Below, piece by piece: positions 1-12,597 of a stretch of 64,000 nucleotides of DNA. The position numbers were made by a program, and so were the translations under genes. Source of the DNA: Chloroflexota bacterium (lineage in GTDB: Bacteria; Chloroflexota; UBA11872; VXOZ01); assembly GCA_964291655.2 (NCBI GenBank), contig OZ219801.1:320001-384000 (forward strand), given 5' to 3'. How positions within the stretch are numbered: the first letter of the stretch is position 1; each line of letters starts with the position of its first letter. The notes below the pieces were generated by a model that saw nothing but the letters and a program-made list of their open reading frames with translations, was not told the origin of the DNA and did not search any database.

Positions 1-521
1 AGTGCGCGATTGGAGCCTTAAATTCTGCCATGTAGAACCGCCGCGGCAAGAATCCTGTTGCAGACAGAGAAACAAAGGAGAGGATTAACCTCTCCTACTC
101 GCAGTGCGCACTTCCTTGGGAGAGTACGCGGATGTTCAATAGAGTAAAGCTCATAGGTTCCATTGTGAAGCGCACACGCGCCATCTGCCAACCCGTAGCC
201 GCCACTGGCCATCGTAGCCGCTCATCTTTACGAGTGCTCTTGCACTTCACTCCTACCGGGCACTCTGCGTCTACACCTCGATCAACATAATTGACGCTTG
301 CGGTTTCGGTATGCCGTCCTTTCACGTGCCTACCAGGTAGGAGGCGATCGCCTGATGTATGTTCTGCGTAATTTCCTCTTGTGCCTCGCCGGTAGCCACG
401 CACCTGGGAAGAATCGGGTCAAACGCCAAAGAATTCTGCGACTCCCACTCAATCACGACCGCGTGCTTCATCGGTCACTTCGCCTGCTCAATCCTGCACG
501 CTTCAAATTCCATCCCCTGGA

Positions 522-1013
522 CTAGATTGCCTCGTACGCTTTGCGGCTGCCTTTGCCACTCGAGCGCAGGCGCCGCTGTCTGACCAGGGAGTCTATGGCG
601 GCTTTCACGGCGGGTTCGCCGCGGCGGCGAAACTTGCCGGTAATCTTGCTGAGGGTGCGTGGGCGTTCGCAGTAGGCATACACCTCTTCAGCGAGCAGTT
701 CGTGGGCCTCAGGGAGGGGTGCGATCGGCCGCACCACGGTGTGACCGAGGTTAGAGTCTACATACTCGCCCGGAGTGAATTCCAAGCGCCCCTTACTCGC
801 CTGCTGTGCCAAGAACTGTTGCAACCGCTTGCGCAGCACGCCGCCGGATCCGGCCGAACCGTAGCCGTGAATAACGTCCACGGCAGCGGCTGGGCCACCT
901 GCAGAGCCTTGGAGCCATTCATTATAGAACCCGATAAAGTCTTGCAGAGCTTCTTGCCAGGTTAGCTCGTGTAGGTCCAATTCATGAGGAGACCCAACGT
1001 CATGGATAGTCAT
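522..1013 (-). CDS. Smr/MutS2 C-terminal domain protein
   Basis: 163 aa ORF with ELDLH and VIHGYGS..G.G.LR motifs of Smr domains, ending in the SNLGHTVV segment. Confidence 0.85.
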   Translation of the reverse strand: MTIHDVGSPHELDLHELTWQEALQDFIGFYNEWLQGSAGGPAAAVDVIHGYGSAGSGGVLRKRLQQFLAQQASKGRLEFTPGEYVDSNLGHTVVRPIAPLPEAHELLAEEVYAYCERPRTLSKITGKFRRRGEPAVKAAIDSLVRQRRLRSSGKGSRKAYEAI

Positions 1014-1078
1014 TGCAGATCAAGTATTCAGATGAACATTCAGGTTGCGCCCGCGCAATCTCACCGAGATTCAAAAAT

Positions 1079-1198
1079 CCTTGGGCAACGGCCTATTTTC
1101 CCACACAGTCGCCCGTGAAGTATCGTCGGTGCTGAGGGGCTTAACTACCGTGTTCGGGATGGGAACGGGTGTACCTCCCTCGCCTTGTCACCCAAGGA
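1079..1198 (-). rRNA. rrf: 5S rRNA
   Basis: Reverse complement contains conserved 5S motifs (ACACCCGTTCCCATCCCGAACACGG, GTTAAGC); terminal stem TCCTTGGG/CCCAAGGA. Confidence 0.95.
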
Positions 1199-1435
1199 AT
1201 TCTTGACTGGAATATGGAAACGTGTCGTAGATGCACTGCCACGCAATGTGCTGCGGCAAGCGCACATCAAGAAACGACGCGTTATGTCAATGTGCAGTCG
1301 TGAACAATGCGCAAGTCTTGATTGAGTGTGTTTGGCGTGCTTGCACGCCAAAGATAGCTGACCAAGGTGAGAGCATTCCCGCGCTTAGAGAATGACTCAC
1401 AGATTGCAGAACTCCAAATTTGCCAATTAGAAGCG

Positions 1436-4525
<3,090 letters not shown>

Positions 4526-4608
4526 TGCTTCTAATCGGCAAAATTGAAGTTCTGCTTGCGCAATATTCACTTGTTAATGTACCGCCCCATCTCTAGGGCG
4601 CATCCCCT

Positions 4609-4638
4609 AATGTACCAAACATCGTGCCACGGTGTCAA
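4609..4638 (-). promoter_or_regulatory. sigma70-type promoter for the 23S-5S unit
   Basis: Minus strand TTGACA-18nt-TACATT with extended -10 TG, ~85 nt upstream of the 23S; boxA-like GTACATTAACAAGTGAA at ~4566-4582. Confidence 0.7.
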
Positions 4639-4850
4639 GAAACACGAGCCGGTCGTGATGACCTCTTGCAACCCGTTGCCTTGCGCATATTGCGACCCAT
4701 CGTCCGTGTTCACGGCCTGCCGCTTCGCCCGTTCGTGCTGAGGATGCTACGCCAAGCCCCTTTCGAAGCATAATCAGACGCCATCGTGACACACGCAGCA
4801 GGATGTCTCACAATTAGAAATCCTTCATTTCCGCGGACGCCGGGAATCCA

Positions 4851-4893
4851 TTCACCCCCTGGAAACCGCTAACGTCGGTTTCCAGGGGGTGAA
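4851..4893 (-). terminator. strong hairpin downstream of the VWA gene
   Basis: Perfect 18-bp inverted repeat TTCACCCCCTGGAAACCG...CGGTTTCCAGGGGGTGAA. Confidence 0.6.
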
Positions 4894-4945
4894 GTTCGCC
4901 GCGCTCAAACTGAGAATAAGCGCGTTGGACTACCTAAAGCCTGAA

Positions 4946-6667
4946 CTACCGGCTGTAGCCGGAGTCCGGCCGCTCCTTTTGCGCGGTCTGCGTCAGGTAA
5001 TCCAGCAGGAAGCTGAAGTCCTTATACGACGTCAGATCGCCCAGCTGCCGGTCCAGCGACCAGAGTTCATCCAGCAAAATTGCCAGATCGCGGTCCACTG
5101 GGGACTCGGCAAAGTCGAGATTGCTGTAGCGGTCTGCTGCCAGAGCAACAATAGAACCGAATTGCAGGAATGCCGCAGCGCGGGCATTCTCCAGCGCGTC
5201 GCTCGTGCTCAGCAGTGTCGCGTGCTGGCGGTTGGACTCGCCGGTAGAAGGCGTCACCCAGCGTATCTCCACCTCACCGAGCCTGGCGGTATCCCGCCGG
5301 CCTGTGTCGGTGAGTTGCAGTTCAAAGAATACCGTAGTTGCGGCCCCCGCCGGAATCTCCGCGAACTCCTTGCGGGCCTCTGTGAAGGACTCGTCAGAAG
5401 TAGCGCGGTTCTCGTAGCCAACAATCCGCCACACCGCGACCATGTCCGGGTCCCAGGTCACCTGGGCGCGGGTCTGATCGGCAAAGGGTATAGAGAGTGC
5501 CAGCCAATTTTCGCGGCTGAAGGTCGCCCGCGCCTGCTCTACCGTGCTGAGATAGCGGTACCAGCCGTTGCCGTGCTGCGCCAATTGCTCCAGCAGGTAG
5601 TCGTTATAGTTCTCTATGCCGACGCCAATGGTGATGAGGCGCAACGGATTGGTGTCGTCACGGTCGTCCGCCGACTCCAAAATGGAGAACGGGTCGGTGG
5701 CGTCCACGTTCGCTACACCGTCCGACATGAGAATGATGTAGTTGTACGCATCGGGACGCTCCCGGCGAATGCGGTCGGCAAGCTGCACACCGAGGTCCAA
5801 CCCGGCTTGCACGTTCGTGGAACCATGCGGCTCCAACAGGTCGATTGACCGCCTGACGGCACGGTCATCCGGGTCCCGGTGATCAACCGTCAGGTTATCA
5901 AGCACGCGGGTGGTGAAGTGGACCACGGCAATTCGGTCCTGGCCGCGCAAGCTGCGCCGGATGCTCTCGGCTGCCTCGCGAGCTATAGCTACGCGATCTC
6001 CCTCACGCATCGAACCCGAAGCATCGAGCACCAGGGTTACGTTGAGCGGGGTGTCGTCGTACGCCAGGTCCGCGGCCTGGAAGGCAATGCGCGCCAGGTG
6101 CAGACCGCTATCCAAGGGGTGCTGGATGACGTCCGTGGCGATGGCAAAACTATCATCGCGCAGCGGCAGCGCGTAATCATAATTAAACGCGTTGATCCAC
6201 TCCTCAGCCCGCACAGAGTCCGGCTCTACGCGGTACGCCGCGTGCGCCCAATTCAGCGCCAGGTGGAACGACGTGCGGTCGGTATCCAAACTAAAGGTAG
6301 CGATCGCATCGCGTGCCGTAGTTACAAACGTGGCGCGCGGATAGTCCCTAAACGTAGTCGCACCTGCGGTCTGCTGCGGCGGCCGCACTGCCGGTTGGCT
6401 TGACGTAGATTGGGATGATTGACTTCGGGATGCTGGAGCTTCCTTGGCTTCTGCTTCGGCCTTTGGGAGGGGAACTAGCGTGGGTACTGACCGTGCGGAT
6501 TCCGCCGCCTTGGCTTCCTCTTTGGGCCTCTCCACTATGGCTTCAGACTCTTCTGCCGCCGGGGCTTCCATATCCGCGGCAGTTGACATCGCTGGCGCCG
6601 CCCCGCAGGCCGCGAGCAGGAGCACACCCACTAGCAACAAAAAAATTGTCCCGCAATACCTTTTCAT
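4946..6667 (-). CDS. YfbK-like von Willebrand factor A domain lipoprotein
   Basis: Lipobox LAAC, TFSLDTD motif, VRAEEWIN, MIDAS DASGSM, SDG.AN, C-terminal GYENR; RBS GGAGG before ATG 6667. Confidence 0.9.
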   Translation of the reverse strand: MKRYCGTIFLLLVGVLLLAACGAAPAMSTAADMEAPAAEESEAIVERPKEEAKAAESARSVPTLVPLPKAEAEAKEAPASRSQSSQSTSSQPAVRPPQQTAGATTFRDYPRATFVTTARDAIATFSLDTDRTSFHLALNWAHAAYRVEPDSVRAEEWINAFNYDYALPLRDDSFAIATDVIQHPLDSGLHLARIAFQAADLAYDDTPLNVTLVLDASGSMREGDRVAIAREAAESIRRSLRGQDRIAVVHFTTRVLDNLTVDHRDPDDRAVRRSIDLLEPHGSTNVQAGLDLGVQLADRIRRERPDAYNYIILMSDGVANVDATDPFSILESADDRDDTNPLRLITIGVGIENYNDYLLEQLAQHGNGWYRYLSTVEQARATFSRENWLALSIPFADQTRAQVTWDPDMVAVWRIVGYENRATSDESFTEARKEFAEIPAGAATTVFFELQLTDTGRRDTARLGEVEIRWVTPSTGESNRQHATLLSTSDALENARAAAFLQFGSIVALAADRYSNLDFAESPVDRDLAILLDELWSLDRQLGDLTSYKDFSFLLDYLTQTAQKERPDSGYSR

Positions 6668-7035
6668 GACACTATCCTCCGTGTTGAATGCCCATCGGTG
6701 GAGCCAAGCAAGTGTTCTGCCAGGCAAGAGATGTTCATCTCGTTAGTTGGGCCAACCACCTGTCAACTAAGTCTACTTCAATTCCGGCTAGCTCCTCCTT
6801 TGTGAACTTGCTAACGCCATTCGCTGGTTTCTCTACGTACCATAAGCCAATACAATCAATGCCAGCCTAAACACCACCACGGTCCTATTTCACTACCCAT
6901 GAGATGCTCGCGACTAAAACCCCTGCTGGCGCAGCGCTGCCCTATCCACCCCCGGACACCGATTGCTCTCGGCATCCAGGAGGTGACAACAGGCACCCAA
7001 GCACGGGCGGCCTTTGCAGAACACGCCGACGCTGG

Positions 7036-8657
7036 TTAGCGGCTATAGCCGGAAGACGGGTTTTCCTTCTCAGCTGTGCCTGCGAGGTAGTTCAACAAGA
7101 ACGAGAAGTCCTGGTACGAGGTGAGATCGCCCAACTGGCCGTCAAGCGCCTGCAACTCATCCTGCAGGACCAACAGATCACGGTGCACCGGGGATTCAGC
7201 AAAATCGAGATTGCTATAGCGGTCTGCCGCCAGCGCCACGATGGCGCCGAACCGCAGCAGCGCATCAGATTGGGCTTCCAGACTCGCATCGCTTGTACTC
7301 AGTAGCGTGGCGTGCTGGCGATTGGATTCGCCGGTGGCAGGAGTGACCCAGCGGATTTCCACCTGGCCAAGCTGGGAGGTATCCTCTCGCCCTGCTTCCG
7401 TGAGCTGTAACTCAAAGAAGACCGTGGTAGCGGTGCCAGCCGGAATCTCCGCAAACTCCTTGCGGGCCTCCGTGAACGACTCATCGGACGTTACGCGGTT
7501 CTCATAGCCCACGATGCGCCACACCTGCACCATCTCCGGGTCCCAGGTCACCTGGGCGCGGGTCTGGTCAGCGAACGGAATCGAGAGCGCCAGCCAGTTC
7601 TGCCGGCTGAAGGTCGCCCGAGCCTGCTCGACGGTACTGAGATAGCGGTACCAACCGTTACCGTTTTGCGCCAGTTGTTCCAGCAGGTAGTCGTTGAAAT
7701 TCTCAATGCCGACACAATGGTGATGAGGCGCAGCGGATTTGACGAATCGTAGTCTTCCGCCGTTTCCAAAATCGCGAATGGGTCGGTAGCATTTACGTTG
7801 GCAACGCCATCCGACATCAAGATCACGTAGTTGTACGAATCTGGACGTTCATCGCGGATGCGGTCGGCAAGCCGCACGCCGAGATTGAGACCGGCCTGCA
7901 CATTTGTAGACTGATGCGGGGCCAGCCGGCCGATAGACCAAGCGACGTTACTGTCGTTTGGCTCACTATGTTCAACGGTGTACTGGCTGATCACAAAGTC
8001 GGTGAAGTGCACTACAGCGATGCGGTCCTGGGCGCGCAGGCTGCGCCGGATGCTCTCGGCGGCCTCACGAGCGATTGCTACACGGTTGCCGCTGCTCATC
8101 GAACCCGATGCATCGAGCACGAGAGTCACGTTGACCGGCGTATCATCATGAACCAAATCTGCCGCCTGAAACGAGATGCGCGCAATGTGCAACTCGCTAT
8201 CCAATGGATGGGCCACCACGTCGCTCGTAATGGCAAAGCTATCTTCCCGCAGCGGAAAAGCGTAGTCGTAGTTGAACGTGTTGACCCACTCTTCAGCACG
8301 CACCGAATCCGGTTCCACTCGATAGTTCGATCTCGCCCAATTCAAGGCAAGGTGGAACGACGTGCGGTCGGTATCCAAGCTAAAGGTAGAGATTGCATCG
8401 CGGGCTGTGCTAACAAACGTGGCGCGCGGGTAGTCCTTGAACGTGGTCGCGCCCGCGATCTGCGGTCGGGGCTGGGCGGGCTGGGCGGTCGAAGGCCGCT
8501 CAGGTGCGGGCCGGGAAGGGGGCGCCTGCGCCCGCGGCGCTTCACTCTTTGCCTCCATGGCGGGGGCCGAACTTGAGGCGGTAGACATAGAACCGCATGC
8601 CCCAAGTAGGAGGATGCCCACAATCAGCAATGAAATAGTCCTAAGAGATCTCTTCAT
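7036..8657 (-). pseudogene. second YfbK-like VWA lipoprotein paralog with a 1-bp deletion frameshift near 7713
   Basis: ORFs 7548..8660 and 7036..7551 match the N- and C-terminal parts of the neighbouring paralog; GACACAATGG here versus GACGCCAATGG in the intact copy (could be a sequencing error). Confidence 0.8.
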
Positions 8658-9236
8658 CACACTTTCTCCTCGTTATCTTTCACCCCACGGCACTGTACCC
8701 ACAATACGTTAGAGACAAGTTACAACTGGGGACAATCTGTGGAGACTAGCTTCAGCACGAACGGTTCCCGCGAAAGGTGACGAGAGTGGATGATAAACGC
8801 CAATAAAGCCGGACACAGCCAGCTTTCACCGAGCATAGCCATCAATCCCGGACGGCATCTCCGCCCAAGACGCGGACTACATTTTGCTTCTCGGCATTCA
8901 CACTAGATGGATGGATCAACTTTCCATGAACAAGCGGGATATCACATCGTGCTTTAGGTAAGAAAAACGCGGTAATCTTCTGTGTTCAGGTCGCTAGGCC
9001 CTCCTCCTTCCATGCGTTGCATGGACACCATACGCGAGCACCACCCCTGGCTCGCACGCGCCCGCCAATTGCCTTTCAGGTACATCCTTACCCCAAAGAC
9101 GATCGTTACCGATTGGGGTGTACTGATAGACCTATTAGGCGTTTGGGGGATCGTAGTAACTATGGTAAGCGAAGTTCCGAGACTTGTCTAGACCTTTAAG
9201 GCCCTGGAATGCCTTGACAAGCCAAGAGTTGGGAGG

Positions 9237-10280
9237 TCAAAAGGCTGCGTGGTCGCCACCCAGCCAGCGGTATGGACGGGGGTAAAGCGTCAGTGAGCGG
9301 TCTTCCAACGGCAGCGAGAGGGGTACCGACCCCCAGAGTGCCGAAAACTTCGCGGCGATCGCCGCCTCGAGGGACTGGCGCAGGTCGTGGCCTGATACGG
9401 CTATCTCGGTGCCGTTTTCAACGGCCGAGATGAATGACAAGATCGAGCTGGCGAGGTAGCTGTACTGCGGCCAGGCAGAGGGCGTGAACGCCCGGTTGGA
9501 CTTGACCCGCGCGCCACTTGCATTGAACCCCTGGTAGATGTCCATCTCGTCGTCCCAGTCCCAGCGCAGGAGCGCATCCTCAGTCCAGACGTCGACGCCG
9601 CGATACGGAGTTGGCTCGCCGAATATTGGCGCCTCGATGCCGGTGCTCAGGGTGAACCGGCCGTTGATGATAAGGCCGGTGTCCTCGTCCGCTTCCAGGG
9701 CTTCCTGCGGCTTGCCCCACGCAATCACCTCGGTGATCTCGGCCTGTGTGAGCAGCCTGAGCACGGCGATGTGCTGGCAGCCACCACCGGAAATCTCGCC
9801 ACCCCACGCATGCACGGTAGCGCCCCGTATCTCGCCAAAGTCGCCGCGCCACAGCCAGCTCGCGGCCTCTTGAATATCTGTACGGGCGCTTTGCAGATTG
9901 CCACCGTGAAAAACAACGCCGCGCTCCGCGCAGGTGTCAATCATCTCGTCCACGTCGGAGAGCCGGGCGCCAATGGGCTTATCGGTGGATACGCCGCGCA
10001 CACCCGCCTGGGCCGAGGCAATCACGGCATCCTTGATGAACTTGCCGGGGAGAGCAGTGACCGCGAGATCGGGGACTTCGCCTAGCTGCCCATACATCTC
10101 CTCGGCGTCCTTGTACAGCGCCTTAACGCCGAACTGCTCACCGACGGCCTGCCGCCGCTCGTCATTGTATTCGGCAATAGCAACGATCTCGGTGTTCTTG
10201 AGAACGCCATAGAACTTGGCATACTCCTGGCCCATCCGACCGCAGCCGATGATTGCTACCCGTAACATCTCGTCTGTCAT
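9237..10280 (-). CDS. Gfo/Idh/MocA family oxidoreductase
   Basis: N-terminal RVAIIGCGRMG Rossmann motif and DKP motif. Confidence 0.9.
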   Translation of the reverse strand: MTDEMLRVAIIGCGRMGQEYAKFYGVLKNTEIVAIAEYNDERRQAVGEQFGVKALYKDAEEMYGQLGEVPDLAVTALPGKFIKDAVIASAQAGVRGVSTDKPIGARLSDVDEMIDTCAERGVVFHGGNLQSARTDIQEAASWLWRGDFGEIRGATVHAWGGEISGGGCQHIAVLRLLTQAEITEVIAWGKPQEALEADEDTGLIINGRFTLSTGIEAPIFGEPTPYRGVDVWTEDALLRWDWDDEMDIYQGFNASGARVKSNRAFTPSAWPQYSYLASSILSFISAVENGTEIAVSGHDLRQSLEAAIAAKFSALWGSVPLSLPLEDRSLTLYPRPYRWLGGDHAAF

Positions 10281-10389
10281 GATTCCCTCAATCCCATTTC
10301 GGTAATCTGACACCTATACGCTTGAGGCAGATGGTAAGCTACGAGAAATGGCGGGGCTTCCGTAGCAGAGCCGAACAGTGGATGCAGTG

Positions 10390-11424
10390 TTAGGTTGCTG
10401 GGAAACGAACTTGGTAAATTTCATCGGCGATTTTTTTCAGACTATCTACTACGCCATCCAGAATTTCTGGATACTCAACGTCCCTCTTCAAGGCGACCGG
10501 TGCCCATCGAGAGTCCTGCATTCCCAATGCGTCCCGTATCTCGGATGGCATATCTTGCTGAAAGTCGTAACAATCAACCCACAAAGGAGTTTCACCAGTT
10601 CTGTCGAACTGTTCGAGATTGATGCCGAACCACACAATCGTCCCACGAAGTCCGACATATCGACCGTAGCCGTACTCACGAGGTGTTGCCCTTAAGCCCT
10701 TCCGTCTGGCCCATTCCTGCTCAACTCCTCGTTAGGTAGATGCCTCAATGAGCCGCTTGTACTGGCGTTGGCGCATTTCCGAATCCAAGCCGGCTTTCTC
10801 GTCCCGGCGTATAGGCTTGAATGCTCCGGCATCGGCGTACTTGGCTAGGCTGCGCAGTTGGCGAATTTCAGTTTCGACACCAGACTCAGCATAGTCTCTG
10901 GTCCTGGCCGCCATGCTATCGAGAAGACTTCCCCAACTCACGATCATCACGTGCTTCTGCGTATCCCCTACACGCACACATCTGCGCTCTGATTCGACCT
11001 CCACTAGACAGCTGAACTCCTGGCTAATCCGTCCCTGCAACTGCGGCCAAAGCGACTGAACTCGCTCCTCCGGTACCAGGAACATCAGGAGCGCCGGACC
11101 ATCATCCGGGAGCACTCCAACGTATCCGTTGGGCTGATTTTCTGTGAGGCCTGCCCAGAACTTCACTTCGATGAGCACTCGTTCCACGCCAGTTTCGTCG
11201 AATCCCACTAAGTCCGGACGCGCTCCATCCTCTTGAGTCACCTGCGTCTTTACAGTTGTGACCGCGTTTACACCCCGGACACCGGACTGAATGACGTCGT
11301 TCAAAGCCACCCCGCAGGCGTCTGAGTGATCGAAGATGTGGCGCAAAGCTTCTGTAGCGATGTTCTCCGTGTTTCCAGGGAAGCTGGAAACCAGATACGC
11401 GAGCAGTGTATCGTTGTCGGGCAT
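10390..11424 (-). pseudogene. PD-(D/E)XK nuclease-family protein with an in-frame TAA at 10732-10734
   Basis: RPDL...IEVKFWAGLT.NQP motif; the same frame stays open after the stop (RGVEQEWARRKGLRATPREYGYGRY) into ORF 10390..10635. Confidence 0.7.
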
Positions 11425-11435
11425 CGAACTCTCCC

Positions 11436-11804
11436 TCAGCTCTGATGGGCCGGATTCGCTGGATAGTCCTCCGGCTTGCCCGTGTCGCCGGGTTGGATGA
11501 CGAAGTCACGGCGGTCCCGGTAGAGACGTGCACGGTTCAGGACGTAGTTCTCCCCAGGTTTCAGGTCATCCCAATGGGTCATCAGCCAGTATTTGTGGTC
11601 GCCGATGAAGAGATAGGTGATGTACATGCGAAAGAAGCGGCAAGCCACGCCCTCTCCAGCGCGGAAACGCTCGCAGACGGCCTCCAGCAACTCCTGCTGA
11701 CCGTCCGTCTCAATCAGTACGTACTCGTGGGGCCACGTATCCCGGAAGGTAACCGCCTCCCGCCAGAGCGCGCGGGCTATCAACTCCGTAAGCGCTAATG
11801 CCAT
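11436..11804 (-). CDS. hypothetical protein
   Basis: 122 aa ORF (TFRDTWPHEY...YWLM...LNRA), 11 nt upstream of the nuclease gene. Confidence 0.65.
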   Translation of the reverse strand: MALALTELIARALWREAVTFRDTWPHEYVLIETDGQQELLEAVCERFRAGEGVACRFFRMYITYLFIGDHKYWLMTHWDDLKPGENYVLNRARLYRDRRDFVIQPGDTGKPEDYPANPAHQS

Positions 11805-12127
11805 CTTCTATTGGCTCCCTCATTCTTCATGGCGAAGCCGCGCAGTTGGGCCGCAGGAAACTCCGTTTGCCGGAATTGACCAATGCAAACGCAACGTCAT
11901 TGAACGCCGCGCACGAAACTCCTCTCGCCACAGCTTGGTGGTACTTTACTCAAGCTGGCTATGATGGGCAACAAGCAGGTCTGCGCGTGAAGGGGTGTCC
12001 GGAGTTCTTCTCGCCTGGAGGAAACTTTGCGAAACACCTTCCCCTTAATGGAAGAGGGCCGGGATAGGGGCGGAAAGAATTGACGAATAGCTCTGCACGG
12101 GCAATGCCGACGCCGAATGCCAATGCC

Positions 12128-12157
12128 TCTGGATTCCGGCTTTCGCCGGAATGACGG
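12128..12157. repeat. REP-like palindrome GGATTCCGGC-TTTC-GCCGGAATGAC
   Basis: Related copies at ~4824-4849, 19933-19960 and 20003-20056. Confidence 0.7.
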
Positions 12158-12269
12158 GTAATGCAAGGGTATCCGTCGAAATCCCTGAGAAACGGGGTGT
12201 CGGGGGCGTTTTCCTGACGGCTTAACACCAGAAGCCGCCTATACCGCCAACCGGAACCTCAGCGCGAAG

Positions 12270-12319
12270 GTTCTCGGCTTACTCAAGCTTGGTGGGCCTA
12301 TTTTGACGATAGACAGAAC
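12270..12319 (+). other. left attachment site (attL) of the ICE, crossover GG at 12294-12295
   Basis: Right arm TTGACGATAGACAGAAC (12303-12319) is the inverted repeat (15/17) of GTTCTGCCTACCGTCAA at attR (56887-56903); shared core TGGTGG. Confidence 0.85.
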
Positions 12320-12524
12320 CGTTTTCGAGTTGTGGCTGGGCGGCCGTTAGGCTTACCCAGCAGCGCCGTCCCGGGCTATGGCAACATATCCTGGGACGGC
12401 TGACTGCAATCGGAAACAAGAAGCCCAAGTCAAGCCCTTAACCTTGGCTGGAGGTGCCCGTTGATTTTATCCCGGGATGCGTTGTCATACCGGGACTGAT
12501 TTGTTCATGAGTCCCACACGTCAT

Positions 12525-12564
12525 AAATCCAGCCGCGAGCCGTTAGGCGGGTCACGGCTGGATT
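12525..12564 (-). terminator. hairpin after the MMPL gene
   Basis: AAATCCAGCCG...CGGCTGGATTT inverted repeat. Confidence 0.55.
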
Positions 12565-12597
12565 TGGTCCCATCCGTTGATACCTGACCAAGTGCAG

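Noticed and set aside
1-31. Possible start of a minus-strand gene (MAEFKAPIAH) leaving the window
   Set aside because: Only 10 codons are visible and there is no clear RBS.
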